NCBI GenBank assembly: GCA_964016885.1
Contig: OZ024745.1
Coordinates: 89,404,001-89,468,000 of the forward strand
Direction: 5' to 3'
Source: Eledone cirrhosa
Taxonomy: Eukaryota
DNA: 64,000 bases
The translations under genes were made by a program, and so were the position numbers. Shown piece by piece: positions 25,576 to 40,542 of this stretch (the first letter of the stretch is position 1; the number at the start of each line of letters is the position of its first letter). The notes beneath the pieces are model-generated. The model was given only the letters and a program-made list of their open reading frames with translations. It was not told the DNA's origin and ran no database searches.

Positions 25576-26336
25576 TATATACATATTCGTCAAACTGTTG
25601 CACGGTTTTCGCGTACACATTCTAGTCAAAAGTTAGTTGTTTGGTAATGGCTACAGTAGAAGCCACTTACCGGTGTTGCCACAGAATTTAATCCAACCGA
25701 AAATCATATAGATACGAGGCAAATTTCTTAAGGGTGCAGCAATGCCTGCAACTCTCCTAATAACGCTAAAATAAGCTTGTTCTTCATGTAAACATGATTG
25801 GTGTCTTTAGTACTTTACTTTTTATTATTAGGCTGTCGACTCCCCAAAGAAAGTTTTCACGTTAATGTTTGTAAAATATTTCTGACAGTTAGGTGAACTG
25901 ATGCATGTTAATCTAAGAGTTCTGACATGTATTTATCCAAACATTTACAGAACATATGAACACATGTCTAATGGGCTTGATTGTTAAATAATCTATCTAA
26001 CTCTTATCTAAATATGTTATTCAGCCGTGCAGAAATAAATCAATTCAAGTATTATATTATTACGAATTCCTGCTTGACTCTTCGTGATTATCAGTGAAAT
26101 GAAGTTATCAGCAAATCTCTTGAAAGAGAATTTTCTTTTCGTATGACTAAGACTGCAATACCAGATCCATACAATCTGTTCGTTCGAAAATAGATTTGCT
26201 TTTCTATTTAATTCAACTAAACGTCAAAAACATGAACAGATTCATTTGCTATGCTTTTTTTTGGGGTTTCTTGCCAGTATATATCGGTGAAAGATGCATG
26301 CAAATACACATACTCACAAATATATACACATACATA

Positions 26337-26399
<63 letters not shown>

Positions 26400-26431
26400 T
26401 AAACTATATATATATAGTTTTAATATAGATG

Positions 26432-26482
26432 AGATTCTACAGGACTAGATCTGTTTCATTCTTTAGAAATCATCAGGAATCT
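26432..26482 (-). ncRNA. Type I hammerhead motif
   Basis: AGATTC-CTGATGA-TTTCT/AGAAT-GAA-ACAG...CTGT-A-GAATCT, GUA site. The 3' half is repeated inverted at ~27158-27200. Confidence 0.78.
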
Positions 26483-26626
26483 GGGTATCAAAAAATAAGT
26501 ATGGTATTTATAGGTCTCTTCACGTGGTAGGAGAGGGTAGGGAGTGGGATGGATGTAGGTAATTGGTTGATAGAAAAGGGAATTCATTAAAAGCTAATTC
26601 TTCAAAACTATAGTTTATTTTTAACC

Positions 26627-26670
<44 letters not shown>

Positions 26671-26862
26671 GAAAGACGTAAAATAAGAAAATTTTAAAAT
26701 TATATATATATATAGATTTTGAGTATATGTTGGTTGTATACCAACACCTCAGTATGCAGGCTGGAGCACTCGACGAGTGCACAGGTTGGTTTGGTTACTC
26801 CGGAGTAATGTAAAATAAAGTTAAATAAAAAGTCAAATGTTTAAAATTTAGCTTCGTTTATT

Positions 26863-26917
26863 ACTGCTATATATATTTCAGTGACAGCCATCTTTGGCTG
26901 TGACCTCTTCAGGCAGT
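26863..26917 (-). ncRNA. Minimal type I hammerhead motif
   Basis: ACTGC-CTGAAGA-GGTCACAGCC/GGCTGTCACT-GAAA-TATATA-TA-GCAGT. Confidence 0.8.
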
Positions 26918-27266
26918 CCGAATTAGTGTGGTATAGACAAGTACATATGTTGTTGAGGTGTATAATATTGTCAATACTCTGATATGCCCAGTTCCTGGTT
27001 GGGTTGTTATTTCACTGAGGAACTGGAATCATATATATATATATATGTGTGTGTGTGTGTATGTATATATATATATATACATATTCGTCAAACTGACGAA
27101 TATGTATATCAAACATGACTGACCCCCAATGATCCTATAGACACCTGTTAGCTTAAGAGAAACAGTTCTAGTCCTGTAGAATCTCATCTATATTAAAACT
27201 TTTATACTCTGCAATGTATTGAGTACCTTACTTACTGTGGTTACCTCCGACTCAACACGGTATAAC

Positions 27267-27345
<79 letters not shown>

Positions 27346-27644
27346 TGTATAATCTCTCTATACGCTTACATATGTACTGCTAGTGTCCTCGTTTCACGAG
27401 TAACTTTCTACCTTAATGCCTCTCTAATTGTTATACTAATCGCTGTCGCTTGCATTCCACTCTGTGTCTTTTTAACTTTTAACTTTTAATTTTTAATTTT
27501 AATTATCGTACAATTCTCTTGAAATCTATGTCGCATCCATTCCACTCTGTAAATATGAAACTGTTGTTGGCAACATTAATATCCATGTAGCTATATGATT
27601 GTTCAGTTAAATAGGAGGTTAATTATATGTACAAACATTGCCTA

Positions 27645-27691
27645 TGCTCCGATTATTCCAAACGATAGTTTGGAAGAAACGATTGTCAGCA
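27645..27691 (+). ncRNA. Hammerhead-like motif with variant core (family shared with 39694-39740)
   Basis: TGCT-CCGATTA-TTCCAAAC/GTTTGGAA-GAAAC-GATT-GTC-AGCA. Confidence 0.6.
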
Positions 27692-27845
27692 ATAAAATGA
27701 TTTGAACATAGCTTTGACTATTGTGTAATATATATATATATATCTTTTGTGATAACTATTTCCGTAGAAAAGGTAAAGGAAATAAGAGTACTCTGTGTAT
27801 AGTACAAAGCAATTTAATTACCAAATAAACAACACAATATAATTA

Positions 27846-27910
27846 TCCCATTACCAAACGTTTCAAGTGAGTAGACGATCCGTACAGAAATGTCCGTTCA
27901 TCAGATGAAA
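27846..27910 (-). ncRNA. Degenerate hammerhead-like motif
   Basis: TTTCAT-CTGATGA...GAAAC-GTTTG-GTA-ATGGGA. Stem II is unclear. Confidence 0.45.
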
Positions 27911-27935
27911 TATGTATATATAGATACATATATAT

Positions 27936-29030
27936 TATGGCTGTTCCCTCGTTATCGGCTATGGCCATTGCACGATATACCATTATTAATAATTATTAAT
28001 TAATTCTATCGTGCAATGTCTGTGCGTGAAGATATTTTTTACAGTGAGGAAAGACTGTGCACTGAGCCAATCCCACTCTCTGAGCGACAGTAGCTATAAC
28101 CCGAAAAGAAGAAGAGATCAACATCATCGGTATCTACTGAGCCGCAGCTTTTATATCGGAGTTATCCCAGTTTCCTGAGTTGCCTTCTCCTAGAAGAATG
28201 CCCTGACAGAAGCTAGGAGTCCTTCACTCCCAGTGGTTTAACCGCGCGGTACACGTGTATATACATATTTACACACTTTTGGATGGCCATTGACTCTTAT
28301 GAGTTCTTCCGCCCTTTGTCGGGTTTTGTTTTTTGTCCTGCAAGGTGTCCAAAAGCACCCTGGTCACCAAGTAAACTTGGCGGGGTTGCCGGTGTAGTCG
28401 CCGAGGACCCACATATATACATTCGAAGACACACATATATACATTCATACTTACACACATACATATATACATACATACATGATGGCTTCCCCCTCGTTAT
28501 CGAGTATGGCCATTGCACGATACACTATTATTAGTAATTATTAATTAATTCTATCGTGCAATGCCTGTGCGCAAATATGTTTTTTAAAGTGAGCAAAGAC
28601 TGTGCACTGAGCCAATCCCAATCTCAGAGCGACAGTAGCTATAACCCGAAAAGAAGAAAAGATCAACATCATCAGGAACTACTGAGTCGCAGGTTTTATG
28701 TCGGAGTTATCCCAGTTTACTGAGTTGCCTTCTCCTCGAAGAATGCGCTCACAAAGGCTAGTGGTCCTTCACACCCAGTGGTTTAACCACGCGATCGGGT
28801 ATTCAACCCGACTATTTCTAAGTCCGCGCGCATATACATACATATGTACATGTGTATATACATATTTACACATTTTTGGATGGCCGTTGACCCTTATGAG
28901 TTCTTCCGCCATTTGTCAGGTGTTATTTTTTGTCCTCGGGGTGTCCAAAATCACACTCCTCACCAAGTAAACTTGGTGGGGTTGCCACTTTAGTCACCGA
29001 CGACGTGACCATTCGACAGGTTGTACTGGG

Positions 29031-29061
<31 letters not shown>

Positions 29062-29071
29062 CATACATACA

Positions 29072-29101
<30 letters not shown>
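27936..29101 (+). mobile_element. Two tandem copies of an unclassified ~480-550-bp retro-like repeat with (ACAT)n-type tails
   Basis: 27936-28410 aligns with 28480-29030. Each is followed by ACAT-rich repeats, perfect at 29033-29101. A third copy lies at 1-242. Confidence 0.75.
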
Positions 29102-29103
<2 letters not shown>

Positions 29104-29447
29104 ATGCAACGTCAAATATCGAAGACAATCACGGCGCAAAAATATATTATTTGTTAATACTTGGGAAAAAAAGTGTCATCGACGTATTGATGGTGCTGCT
29201 TGATGAGAAAAGTGAAGATAGTGAAGTTAGAAAATAGGAAATGTTGGAATGGATACAGAGGAGGAAAAATGAACATTGTTTGTGTTGTCAAGATGTTTAC
29301 TTGTGTGTATGGGTGTGTGTAGCCGTGCTTAAGTGTGTGTGTAGTATTGGTGGTTGAGTGCTTTGGTTTGTCCATGTTGCTAGTCCGTGTGCGGTTGGCA
29401 ATCATCATGTTTGCGTCCCTCTTTTCCAGTTGTGTGCCTGCCCGTAC

Positions 29448-29489
<42 letters not shown>

Positions 29490-29491
<2 letters not shown>

Positions 29492-29895
29492 CATAGAAAC
29501 TGTGGTGAGAAACCAGGTGGACCATAACGCAACAGAGTACTCGATACTTAGGCTAGTAGAGTGGATAATAGGATCTTGCTGTCGAAACAGCCGGAGCTCA
29601 GCCGTCGGCGTCCTGGCTCTCTTCCTATTTCAAATATATTTACTTTCTCCTATATATATATAGTTCTCCTATATATATAAAGTTCGGCTATTTATTTACC
29701 AGGCTAAAAAAACTCTATATTTAGTCGAGAAATAGCCGTCTAAACGGCTTGAGCTCCGCCGTCGGGGTCATACTTTCTCATATATATATATATATATATG
29801 AGAAAGTATGACCCCGACGGTGGAGCTGAAGCCGTTTCGACGGCTATTTCTCGACTAAAGTAAGAGTTTTTTTAGCCTGGTAAATAAATAGCCGA

Positions 29896-29938
<43 letters not shown>

Positions 29939-31499
29939 GACGAACTTTATATTTATATATATATATATATACGACGGCGGAGCTCAAGCCGTTTCGACGA
30001 GTATTTCTCGACTAAAGTAAGAGTTGTTTTAGCCTGGTAAATAAATAGCCGAACTTTTCAAGGGTAGTTCCTTATATGGAAATATTGTAGTTGTCAAGGG
30101 GATTGGTCAAAATTTGTAGCGGACACAGAAAAGTCTATCATGACAGTGGATGCGGGGTGGGGATGGCTGAACTTGCCTGTAAAACGATAGGGGAGTGGGT
30201 AGAGCCGGTCAAGCGTAGAAGATGAAATCTAGACGCCAAATTCAAAGGAATGTGAATGAAAAGCCAGAAGAGGTTGGCGAAAAATGGTATCTTTAGAAAG
30301 TGGAGGAGGGATGTTATAGAAATAGTAAATCAGATGTGATTAGGGGACAAAGCAAAAATATAATAAAAAAGAATATAATAAAAAAAATGAGAGAAATATG
30401 TAACAGAAAGTAAGATTGGAAAGTGATAAGTGAAAAAAGGAGTCTAACACAGCTGCTATATTTCGGCCAAAGCCCCAGAATGAGTTGCTAGATGAGAATA
30501 ATTGAACAATTTAGTATTAAAAATATGTATTAAAAATTTTGTATTAAAAATTAATACCACATATCTGGGGTCTAACACAGCTGCTACAAATAGTTAGTAT
30601 AGCTTAATCAGCGAAACCTATCTGTAAGTTACTGCGGTATGGGTACTGACACTAAAGAGGCCCGATGGGCTGCCTCGGGGTAGGGGAAAGGGGAAAAAAC
30701 AAAAAAAAAACAAAGAAACGAACAAGCAAGAAGTTCGGTGGGGGAAAGAAGTGATAGGGCGAGACAAAGGAATGAAGAAAACATGGAGGAAAAGAAAAGA
30801 GGTACATCTACCTATATCAGTAGGGGTTTACCCTATCTTATTCGGACTTTGGGGTGTTTCAGCCCTAGTCTACCCACCAGGATCGTTAGAAGGTTTGAGG
30901 GCGAGTTAAGTTTTCCACAATCTGTGATTGCATGCAGTTACCAGTTCGTCTTTTTTGGTTAGGAGTTGATCATTCGTAAACAGCATTTGTAATGTTTCCT
31001 CCGAGCATAAGTTACACGGACGGCGTCCTCCCGTGTAAGAGTTAGCTCTGGTAAGCTCCAAGTAAGATGGTAAGTTATATTATTATCTTGGAGGTCCCAG
31101 ATATGACCCGAAAGTGTGGTGACATAACGCCCGACCGAGTTCCGAAACGTATGTCGGTTTTATTAGAGCCGGGTCTTAAAGTCATAAGCTGTTAATCCTA
31201 TATAAACTTTGTTGGAGGTGTCCTTCCTCACGTTCTCGGCATCTGTTGTTGAGGGGGTACGTAGATCCATCAGGGCAGTTACACCTCCTGGTCAGCTCTC
31301 CACTAATTTCTAGGTTGTTTCTTCCATAGGGGTTGAGTTTTTTGTTGTTTGATGAAACGATGTTTTGTGCGAAGTTAAGTGTGGTGCTGTAGGATAGCTT
31401 GAGAGTGCTTTTGTTGATTACGTTGTGGTAGCGGTGTTGTGGTGGAAAGAGTACTCTGCTGCGTTATGGTCCATCTGGTTCCTTACCACAACTTCTCCG

Positions 31500-31500
<1 letters not shown>
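29490..31500. mobile_element. Unclassified (TA)n-anchored repeat family with nested inversions
   Basis: Terminus GTGGTRAGRAACCAGRTGGACCATAACGC abuts (TA)n at 29490 (+) and 31500 (-). Palindromic blocks 29678-29782 / 29797-29900. Further copies at ~50845-51042 and ~54245-54410. Confidence 0.65.
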
Positions 31501-31544
<44 letters not shown>

Positions 31545-31546
31545 CA

Positions 31547-31633
31547 CATATCTGAGGAGGTGTCGAAAAACAATCGGGGCTCGCCACCTTGATTATATCT
31601 TGAACTGATTGACATCGAAACAATTGTAATATG
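31547..31633 (+). ncRNA. Type I hammerhead motif
   Basis: CATAT-CTGAGGA-GGTGTCGA...TTGACATC-GAAA-CAATTG-TA-ATATG. Starts just after (TA)n. Confidence 0.8.
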
Positions 31634-31806
31634 CTAATAAAATGTATACATATGCTACAACATTACCTTCGACAGTTAAATCTATTTACACTCTATACAC
31701 TACAGCCGTCACTCTGGAATACAACACAAACGAAACGAACGTCTTAACAGTCATCGATTGCTTGGATTGGCGCACCGCATGTAACTGTTGTTACTCACCT
31801 AACTAA

Positions 31807-31854
31807 CACACATACACACACACACGCACACACACACACATACATACACGCACG

Positions 31855-31940
<86 letters not shown>
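31807..31940. repeat. (CA)n microsatellite
   Basis: Directly visible. Confidence 0.97.
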
Positions 31941-31942
<2 letters not shown>

Positions 31943-33724
31943 CACAGTTAGTATTGTTAATGGAAGTGAATAAAAATTAAATATACAAGATTATAATTGG
32001 TTCTACATTAATGGATATGAATATAATGAAATTGTCGTTTGAGGAACCGATAAAAATTATTGATACTAGCGAAGTATATTGGAACTAATTTTTAAACAAA
32101 TGATGCGAAAATAATATAAGTTGGAATCTTATCGATAAATTAGAACCAAATCTTATGAGAAATGAATGGAACTGATTATTAGGAACTTATAGATGAATAG
32201 AAACACTGTTGAGGCTATTGATGAGAATTGACAAATAGTTATTTAAGATAGAAGAGGCTTGAAGGATTGACAGATGTATAGGAATGTTTATTATTCTTAT
32301 AATAATTTTGAGAAGCTGAAAGTAACTAGGTGCAGATAAAATATCCGAAATTGGACCAGAATGTCATATAATAAAATGATTATAGAATAAATTATAGATT
32401 TATATACATATATATTATATAAAATAATAAGATAGCGGGATACTAATGTTAGGGTGCCCAAAGCAAAAGGTTACTAACAAGTTGTTGCTCTGCTGGCGGA
32501 GGTGAGAGGAGGGTTGGCCGATTGGCTTTAATTTACATTGACAACTATGAAGAGACACAGGATGTTCCCTTAATGACCCACAACACTTATGCTTGATCGT
32601 AATAGATGGCGTCCTTGGTTCATGAATGTCCGAGCAACATCGACAAGATGATGAATGTTAGGGTGAATACGTAGAATAAATGCAGGAGAATTTAAGGAAA
32701 GTACATAAATATATTGCCAGAACAATGCCCAAACATTTCCAGACAAACCATCCAGAAAAAACTTGAATACATAAGATTCCTCTGTCGAACACAGATCAAA
32801 CACATGCACTATATACAGTGACTCTGATGAGTATCAACTATATTAGACTATATGGTAGGATTTGGGTGTTGAGATCCTAAATGTGCATTGAAAATGGACT
32901 ATTTTTCTACTGAATGAATGTTATCCGCACTGAACCTGTTTCGAAGCAGATAGCAGCGAACTGTTCGCTCGAAAACAGATTTTTTTTTCTATTTAATTCA
33001 ACTATATGTCAAAAACATGAACAGATTCATTTGCCATGCTTTTTCTCGGTTTTCTCAATATATACTTGATGTGGAACTATTTGTAGAATGTTTTACTGCC
33101 TGCGTTGGTCACTTCACGCATGTATCCACTATCGCACCGCTACAATCTCCACAGCGAAGACTGCTTTGTCACGAGTTCACACACATAGCCTCACAGATTT
33201 GCATAAAGAAACTAACACACATGTACGCACATGTCCACTGAAAATGCACAAAGATTATCTCCCTTTCGAAATCTCTCTAACATCTAAGATACATTCTGAC
33301 CCACAACTCCCCAAAACGGCTAACTAAGAACATACGCGCTTTCTATCACAAAACATTTGTTCTCTTCCTTCCTCTTCTCGGTCTCGTCTACCTTTTTGTT
33401 TCTTCTTTTCTTTTACACTGTATATTCTGATGAAGGAGTAGCGTCCGATAACTTAAGACACTTTTCCTGAAATATCAAGCGTTAAATTAATATATATCTT
33501 CATTTTTGCCTTTCATCCTTACGGGGTCGATAAAATAAAGTACCAGTAATGTACTGGGTATTTACTGGCCTTGTGCCAAAAGTAGAAACAATTATATCGT
33601 TTTACAGTGTCGATCATCCGTTTACCTCTCGCATATATATACATATATATATATATGTGTATGTGTGCATGTATGTATAGGTATATGTATATATATATAT
33701 ATATATATACATATAACATATATG

Positions 33725-33766
<42 letters not shown>

Positions 33767-33835
33767 TATATGCATATATATACATGTGTGTGTGAGAGAG
33801 AGTGTGTGTGTGTGTGTGCGTATGTATGCATAGGC

Positions 33836-35999
<2,164 letters not shown>

Positions 36000-36689
36000 C
36001 ATACATATATATGTACATATGTCTGTGTGTATGTATGTGTGTATGTGTGTGTGAGTGTATGTGTGTTTGTTTGTGTGAGTGTGTGTATATGTGTTTGTGT
36101 GCCCGCGTAAAAGATATGTTTCTTGTTTTCCGAATTTATCTTCAGTACTTCTCAAAGTTATGATAAATAAGAATAAATGAAATTACATATATTCATAGTT
36201 ATTGATGAAAATACTACTTTTACATCTGTGTCATTATTGGTTGTTTTATATCTGTATTTTTTCTAATGTTCACTACTATATTTATTTCGTGTTCTTTATC
36301 TAAATAATATAAGCATTTTATCTACATCATCTGGAGAATAAAATTGATTAATGTATCAAATCTATCAACAAGAAAACGACTATTTCATAAAATGATCAAT
36401 ATTTTATTTTTTATTCAATTCCAATATACAATACATTTACGCCACTACCATCATTTAAACACAACAAATATATCTTCTCATAAAATATATTTTACAAGTA
36501 TTTTATTCCCCCTGACAATCTATAGGCTGTTCTTGTACCACCTGCGTAATCTATAGAGTTATAGAACACCTCAAAATGTGAAAACTATAATACTTATATC
36601 AAACTTAAGTACATTTTGGTGGGGTGGCTATTTGAATTAAAATACCTTAATATCTGTCCGGTACTATATTTCAACAACTTCGTAATAAT

Positions 36690-37145
36690 TGCTTCTACTT
36701 TTTGGCACAAGGCCAGCAAAGCATGGCGTTCGAACCTCTACTGATACTGCCAATCCACAATAATGGTTCTTATTTGGGCACAAGGCCAACAATTTGGGGG
36801 GAGTGGTAGTCGAATAAATCTACCCCAGTACGTTACTGGTGCTTTTATTTTATCGACCCCGTAAAAATGAAATGCAAAGTTAACTTCGGTGAGATTTGAA
36901 CTCAGAACGTAAAAGACCGTAACTCTATGCCGCATAGCATGTAGTCTAACGCTCTACCGATTCTGGCAATCCACCAGCTACAACCACGTAATAATAGTTT
37001 CTTATTCAGGCAGAAGACCAACAATTTGGAGGAAGGGAAAGTCGATTAGATCGACGCAGTGCCTTATTGGTACTTTATTTATCAACCGCGTAAGGTTGAA
37101 AAGCAAAGCTAACCTCGGCGAAATTTGAACTCAGAATGTAAAGGG
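36690..37145 (-). mobile_element. Cluster of main-family SINE copies (one full, two partial)
   Basis: Reverse-complement B-box GATTTGAACTC, core TTTATTTTATCGACCCCGTAA, 3' GGCACAAGGCCA. Confidence 0.85.
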
Positions 37146-38344
37146 TCCTATAAAAAAGCTCTTAAGCATAAAATCCAAAGTAGACAATAGTAGGATATGG
37201 GTTTAGAAGTGGGAAAAATATTTTTCAAGTAATATAGAAAATTGTTGAAGGTATTCTTTTTAAATTTTCATTGTTATTATTCTCTGAATAAACGTTTTAC
37301 GGATAAGTGAATAGAAAAAAAGCATACCCATCCAGCTCTATTAGACGATTATATGAAACACGTGTTAGATTATATAATCAAATAAATTTATTTTCAAATT
37401 AAAAAAAAAAAAAAAAAATGTCACTGAGTATTGTATTTGATTATCTGCTGATTCTACCCATCTATCGCTCGTGATAATAACGAAAATAACAACTCGCCGG
37501 TGATTATTGGAATTAACTGGGCAATCAGTCTTCATATCAATAATTTCAGAATATGTATATCAAATATCAAATTTCGATATAACACTTCCTGCTAACCCTT
37601 TACGAGGTCGAATAGCTTTGTAGAAGTAACAGCCAAATATTCTCTTTCGCATAGCACATCGTTTTAAAATTAGGAAGGACCCATACCACCCCAATACTGC
37701 CGCACCCTAGCCATAAAGCCCATCACCCCTACCCCATCTCTCTCCCCATCATTCTGTAATCCTAGAGCCCTTGCCTGTCCTCTTCCGTTTTCATAACCAC
37801 AAAAGACACTTTAATTTTCTATCCTTGAAATACATTGAAAGATGTGTTCCAATATACATTGTCTGGAAACCACGGATGAATTACCTGTATTTTAGATAAG
37901 GTCTGATCACAGCCTAAATTACACCAATTATTTCATGAGTTGATTTCAGTTCTTAGTTAATGTTATTTCACTTCAAATATGTCCTTGATTCCTTTGAGAA
38001 AAATAGTTTATGACTAACATTAATACGAGTATTCCACGAGTTTTGTATTTGCTTTTTATTTATTGTTAAGTAAATATATCAACAAAGTATAAACACAACT
38101 GTCACATGTATAATTAAATTGTCTGTATTTCTGTTTAATGAGAAGTAAAGAATATTCTATATATGTCTGAATTGTTCTAATTTAGAATAAGAAATTGGCT
38201 GTGATATTACATCAGTTCACCTTTAAGTATTACAATTAGAAGTAAGCAACTCTCAAATAAAAAATAAAAACTTGATTTCGTGGGTGAATTTACATGCTTA
38301 AGGAAAGGAGAACTTACAGAGCTGCGAATACAATTTCATATATC

Positions 38345-38575
38345 TCGTGACCTAGTGGTAAGGGAATTTGATTTGCAACCATTATGTCGTGGGTTCCATT
38401 CTTGGACTGGATTGCATATTGTTTTCGTGACCAAAACACTTCATTTCACGTTGTTCCTGTAAACTGAGCTAAAAATAAGTATCAGCAGTAGCTGCGGGCT
38501 TAACCCTGTGATAGACTGGTGTCCTCTTCAGGGGTAGTCTCGTAATCGCCCGCTGCTTCACACCACGGAAAACAC
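38345..38575 (+). mobile_element. Second tRNA-derived SINE family (CORE-like), diverged
   Basis: TAGTGGTAAGG A-box-like, GGTTCCATTC B-box-like, CAAAACACTTCATTTCAC...AAAAATAAGT core-like segment. Confidence 0.55.
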
Positions 38576-39693
38576 TACTACCGACACTCTTTCCACAACT
38601 TCAAACCTAGCTGATAGTATATAACAATGTCAGATCTGGATTCCTCACCACCGTTAACACTTTACCTCTAGGTTTTATCAGCATCACATTCTATGATCAG
38701 CTCATTCCTCTACTTACCTCCTATATATCTCAAATCTTATACTCTACTCTACACAATAACTATTGGGAATAAACATAATGTTACTACCATTTAATATAAC
38801 AACAATAACTTCCTTACTAATATTTCATTCATTTAATTAATATATGGGTAGGTAGTGATTAAATGAGACCTTTAAGGTATTATATGGAAAAAAGATTGTA
38901 TTTAAAATTAAATATATAAATTTAAAAATAAATAGCATTATATAAAAGGATTCACTTATAACATAATATATTGTATATTAACATATAGAATTGAACTAAT
39001 TGGAGTTGTAAACAACTATACATTTTCTCTTATATACAAATTAATCGCCAATTACCTCCCCTTTCCCATTAGCTCCCCTTAGTGTAGATCTCTAATCACT
39101 TCCTGAAATTAAACCGTTAGACAGATCACTCCAGAACAACTCGAACCCTTGATAAGATTGTAATAGGACCAATATACAATCCATAATTGTAGCTGCTAAT
39201 AAACATTTACTAAAATATAACCAATGTAATGGAAAGAAAAATCTTGATATTGATACTCACAACACATACATTTGAACATTACAAGAACAATTATCACATT
39301 GCATCCACCATAAACTTCATAGAAACTGCTTTTCATACCCACGCATCTCTGCCTGCTTAATATGCTTTTATACCTATATTGTATTATGTGATACCTTTGC
39401 CAGACTGTGATATATATGCTTAGTACAATTGCTTGTTTATTACCTGGTTATTTGCACTCTTTCAATACGAACCACTAATGTCCTCATTTTGCGAGTTACT
39501 TTTTCTTTAATTTCTCTATAATTGTTGTATTATTCTTTTATAATCTTTGTCGCATCCACTGATACTGACCACATCATCTTCAATCTTTAAATATGACACT
39601 GTTAATGACAACAATAACATCTATGTATCTTAACGATTATTCTGTGGAATGGGAGGTTAATTATATGTCTAAACTTTGCTAGTGCTAGTGGTG

Positions 39694-39740
39694 TGCTCCG
39701 AGGATTCCAAACGAAAGTTAGGAAGAAACGATTGTCAGCA
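39694..39740 (+). ncRNA. Hammerhead motif with CCGAGGA (U4C) core
   Basis: TGCT-CCGAGGA-TTCCAAAC/GTTAGGAA-GAAAC-GATT-GTC-AGCA, inside a repeat (~39590-39780) homologous to 27550-27730. Confidence 0.65.
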
Positions 39741-39797
39741 ATAAAATGTTTTGAACATAGGTTTGATTATTCTGTAATTTATATATATATATATATA

Positions 39798-40385
39798 TAA
39801 ATTAGAATTGGTGCTCTGAAATAGCCATATATATATGAATGCATATATAGTGTATTTTGCAATACACTGTATGCTTAATTAAAAGCATTTGAAGACCTGG
39901 CGCTATTGTTTTAAAGTAGCGGCTGTGTCACTTACTTCTATTTTCAGCAAACAAGGCGAGATAAGCTGACAGAGCTCTGTTTCGTACTGTTGGTACTTAA
40001 GAAGCCTAGCACTTCTCTTGATTGTTGAAAATTATGAATATTGGATTCTTATAGAATTCCAGTAATAATCGGGAACTGATTATACAGAGCAGTTGCCGGT
40101 CCAGCAAAAATTGAAAATTAGAATTGGAGCTCTGAAATAGCGATATATATATGAATGTATATATAGTGTATTTTTCAAATCACCTTATGCTTAATTAAAA
40201 ATGCTTTTAATTAAGCATACAGTGTATTGCAAAATACACTATATATACATTCATATATATATCGCTATTTCAGAGCACCAATAGAAGTAAGTGACATAGT
40301 TACTAATTTAAAACAATAGCGCAAGGTCTTCAACATTTTTTTAATTAAGCATACAGAGTATTGCAAAATACACTATATATACATT
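39798..40385. repeat. Nested direct and inverted repeats of one short fragment between (TA)n tracts
   Basis: 39800-39945 recurs directly at ~40115-40200 and inverted at ~40201-40385. Confidence 0.75.
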
Positions 40386-40542
40386 TATATATATATATAA
40401 TTCAAGAAAGAAGAGTGACATGGTTCGCTATACAATAAGGGCTTTATTCACATTGCTGACAATTGTTTCTTTGATCTGGCAGGTCTAGAGTTCGCTACCC
40501 GTCTGATTTTGCGTCAATCGACCTCCAAAATCAGGCGGGATT

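Noticed and set aside
36490-36680. Short open frame in unique-looking sequence
   Set aside because: Too short, with no motif and no supporting gene structure.
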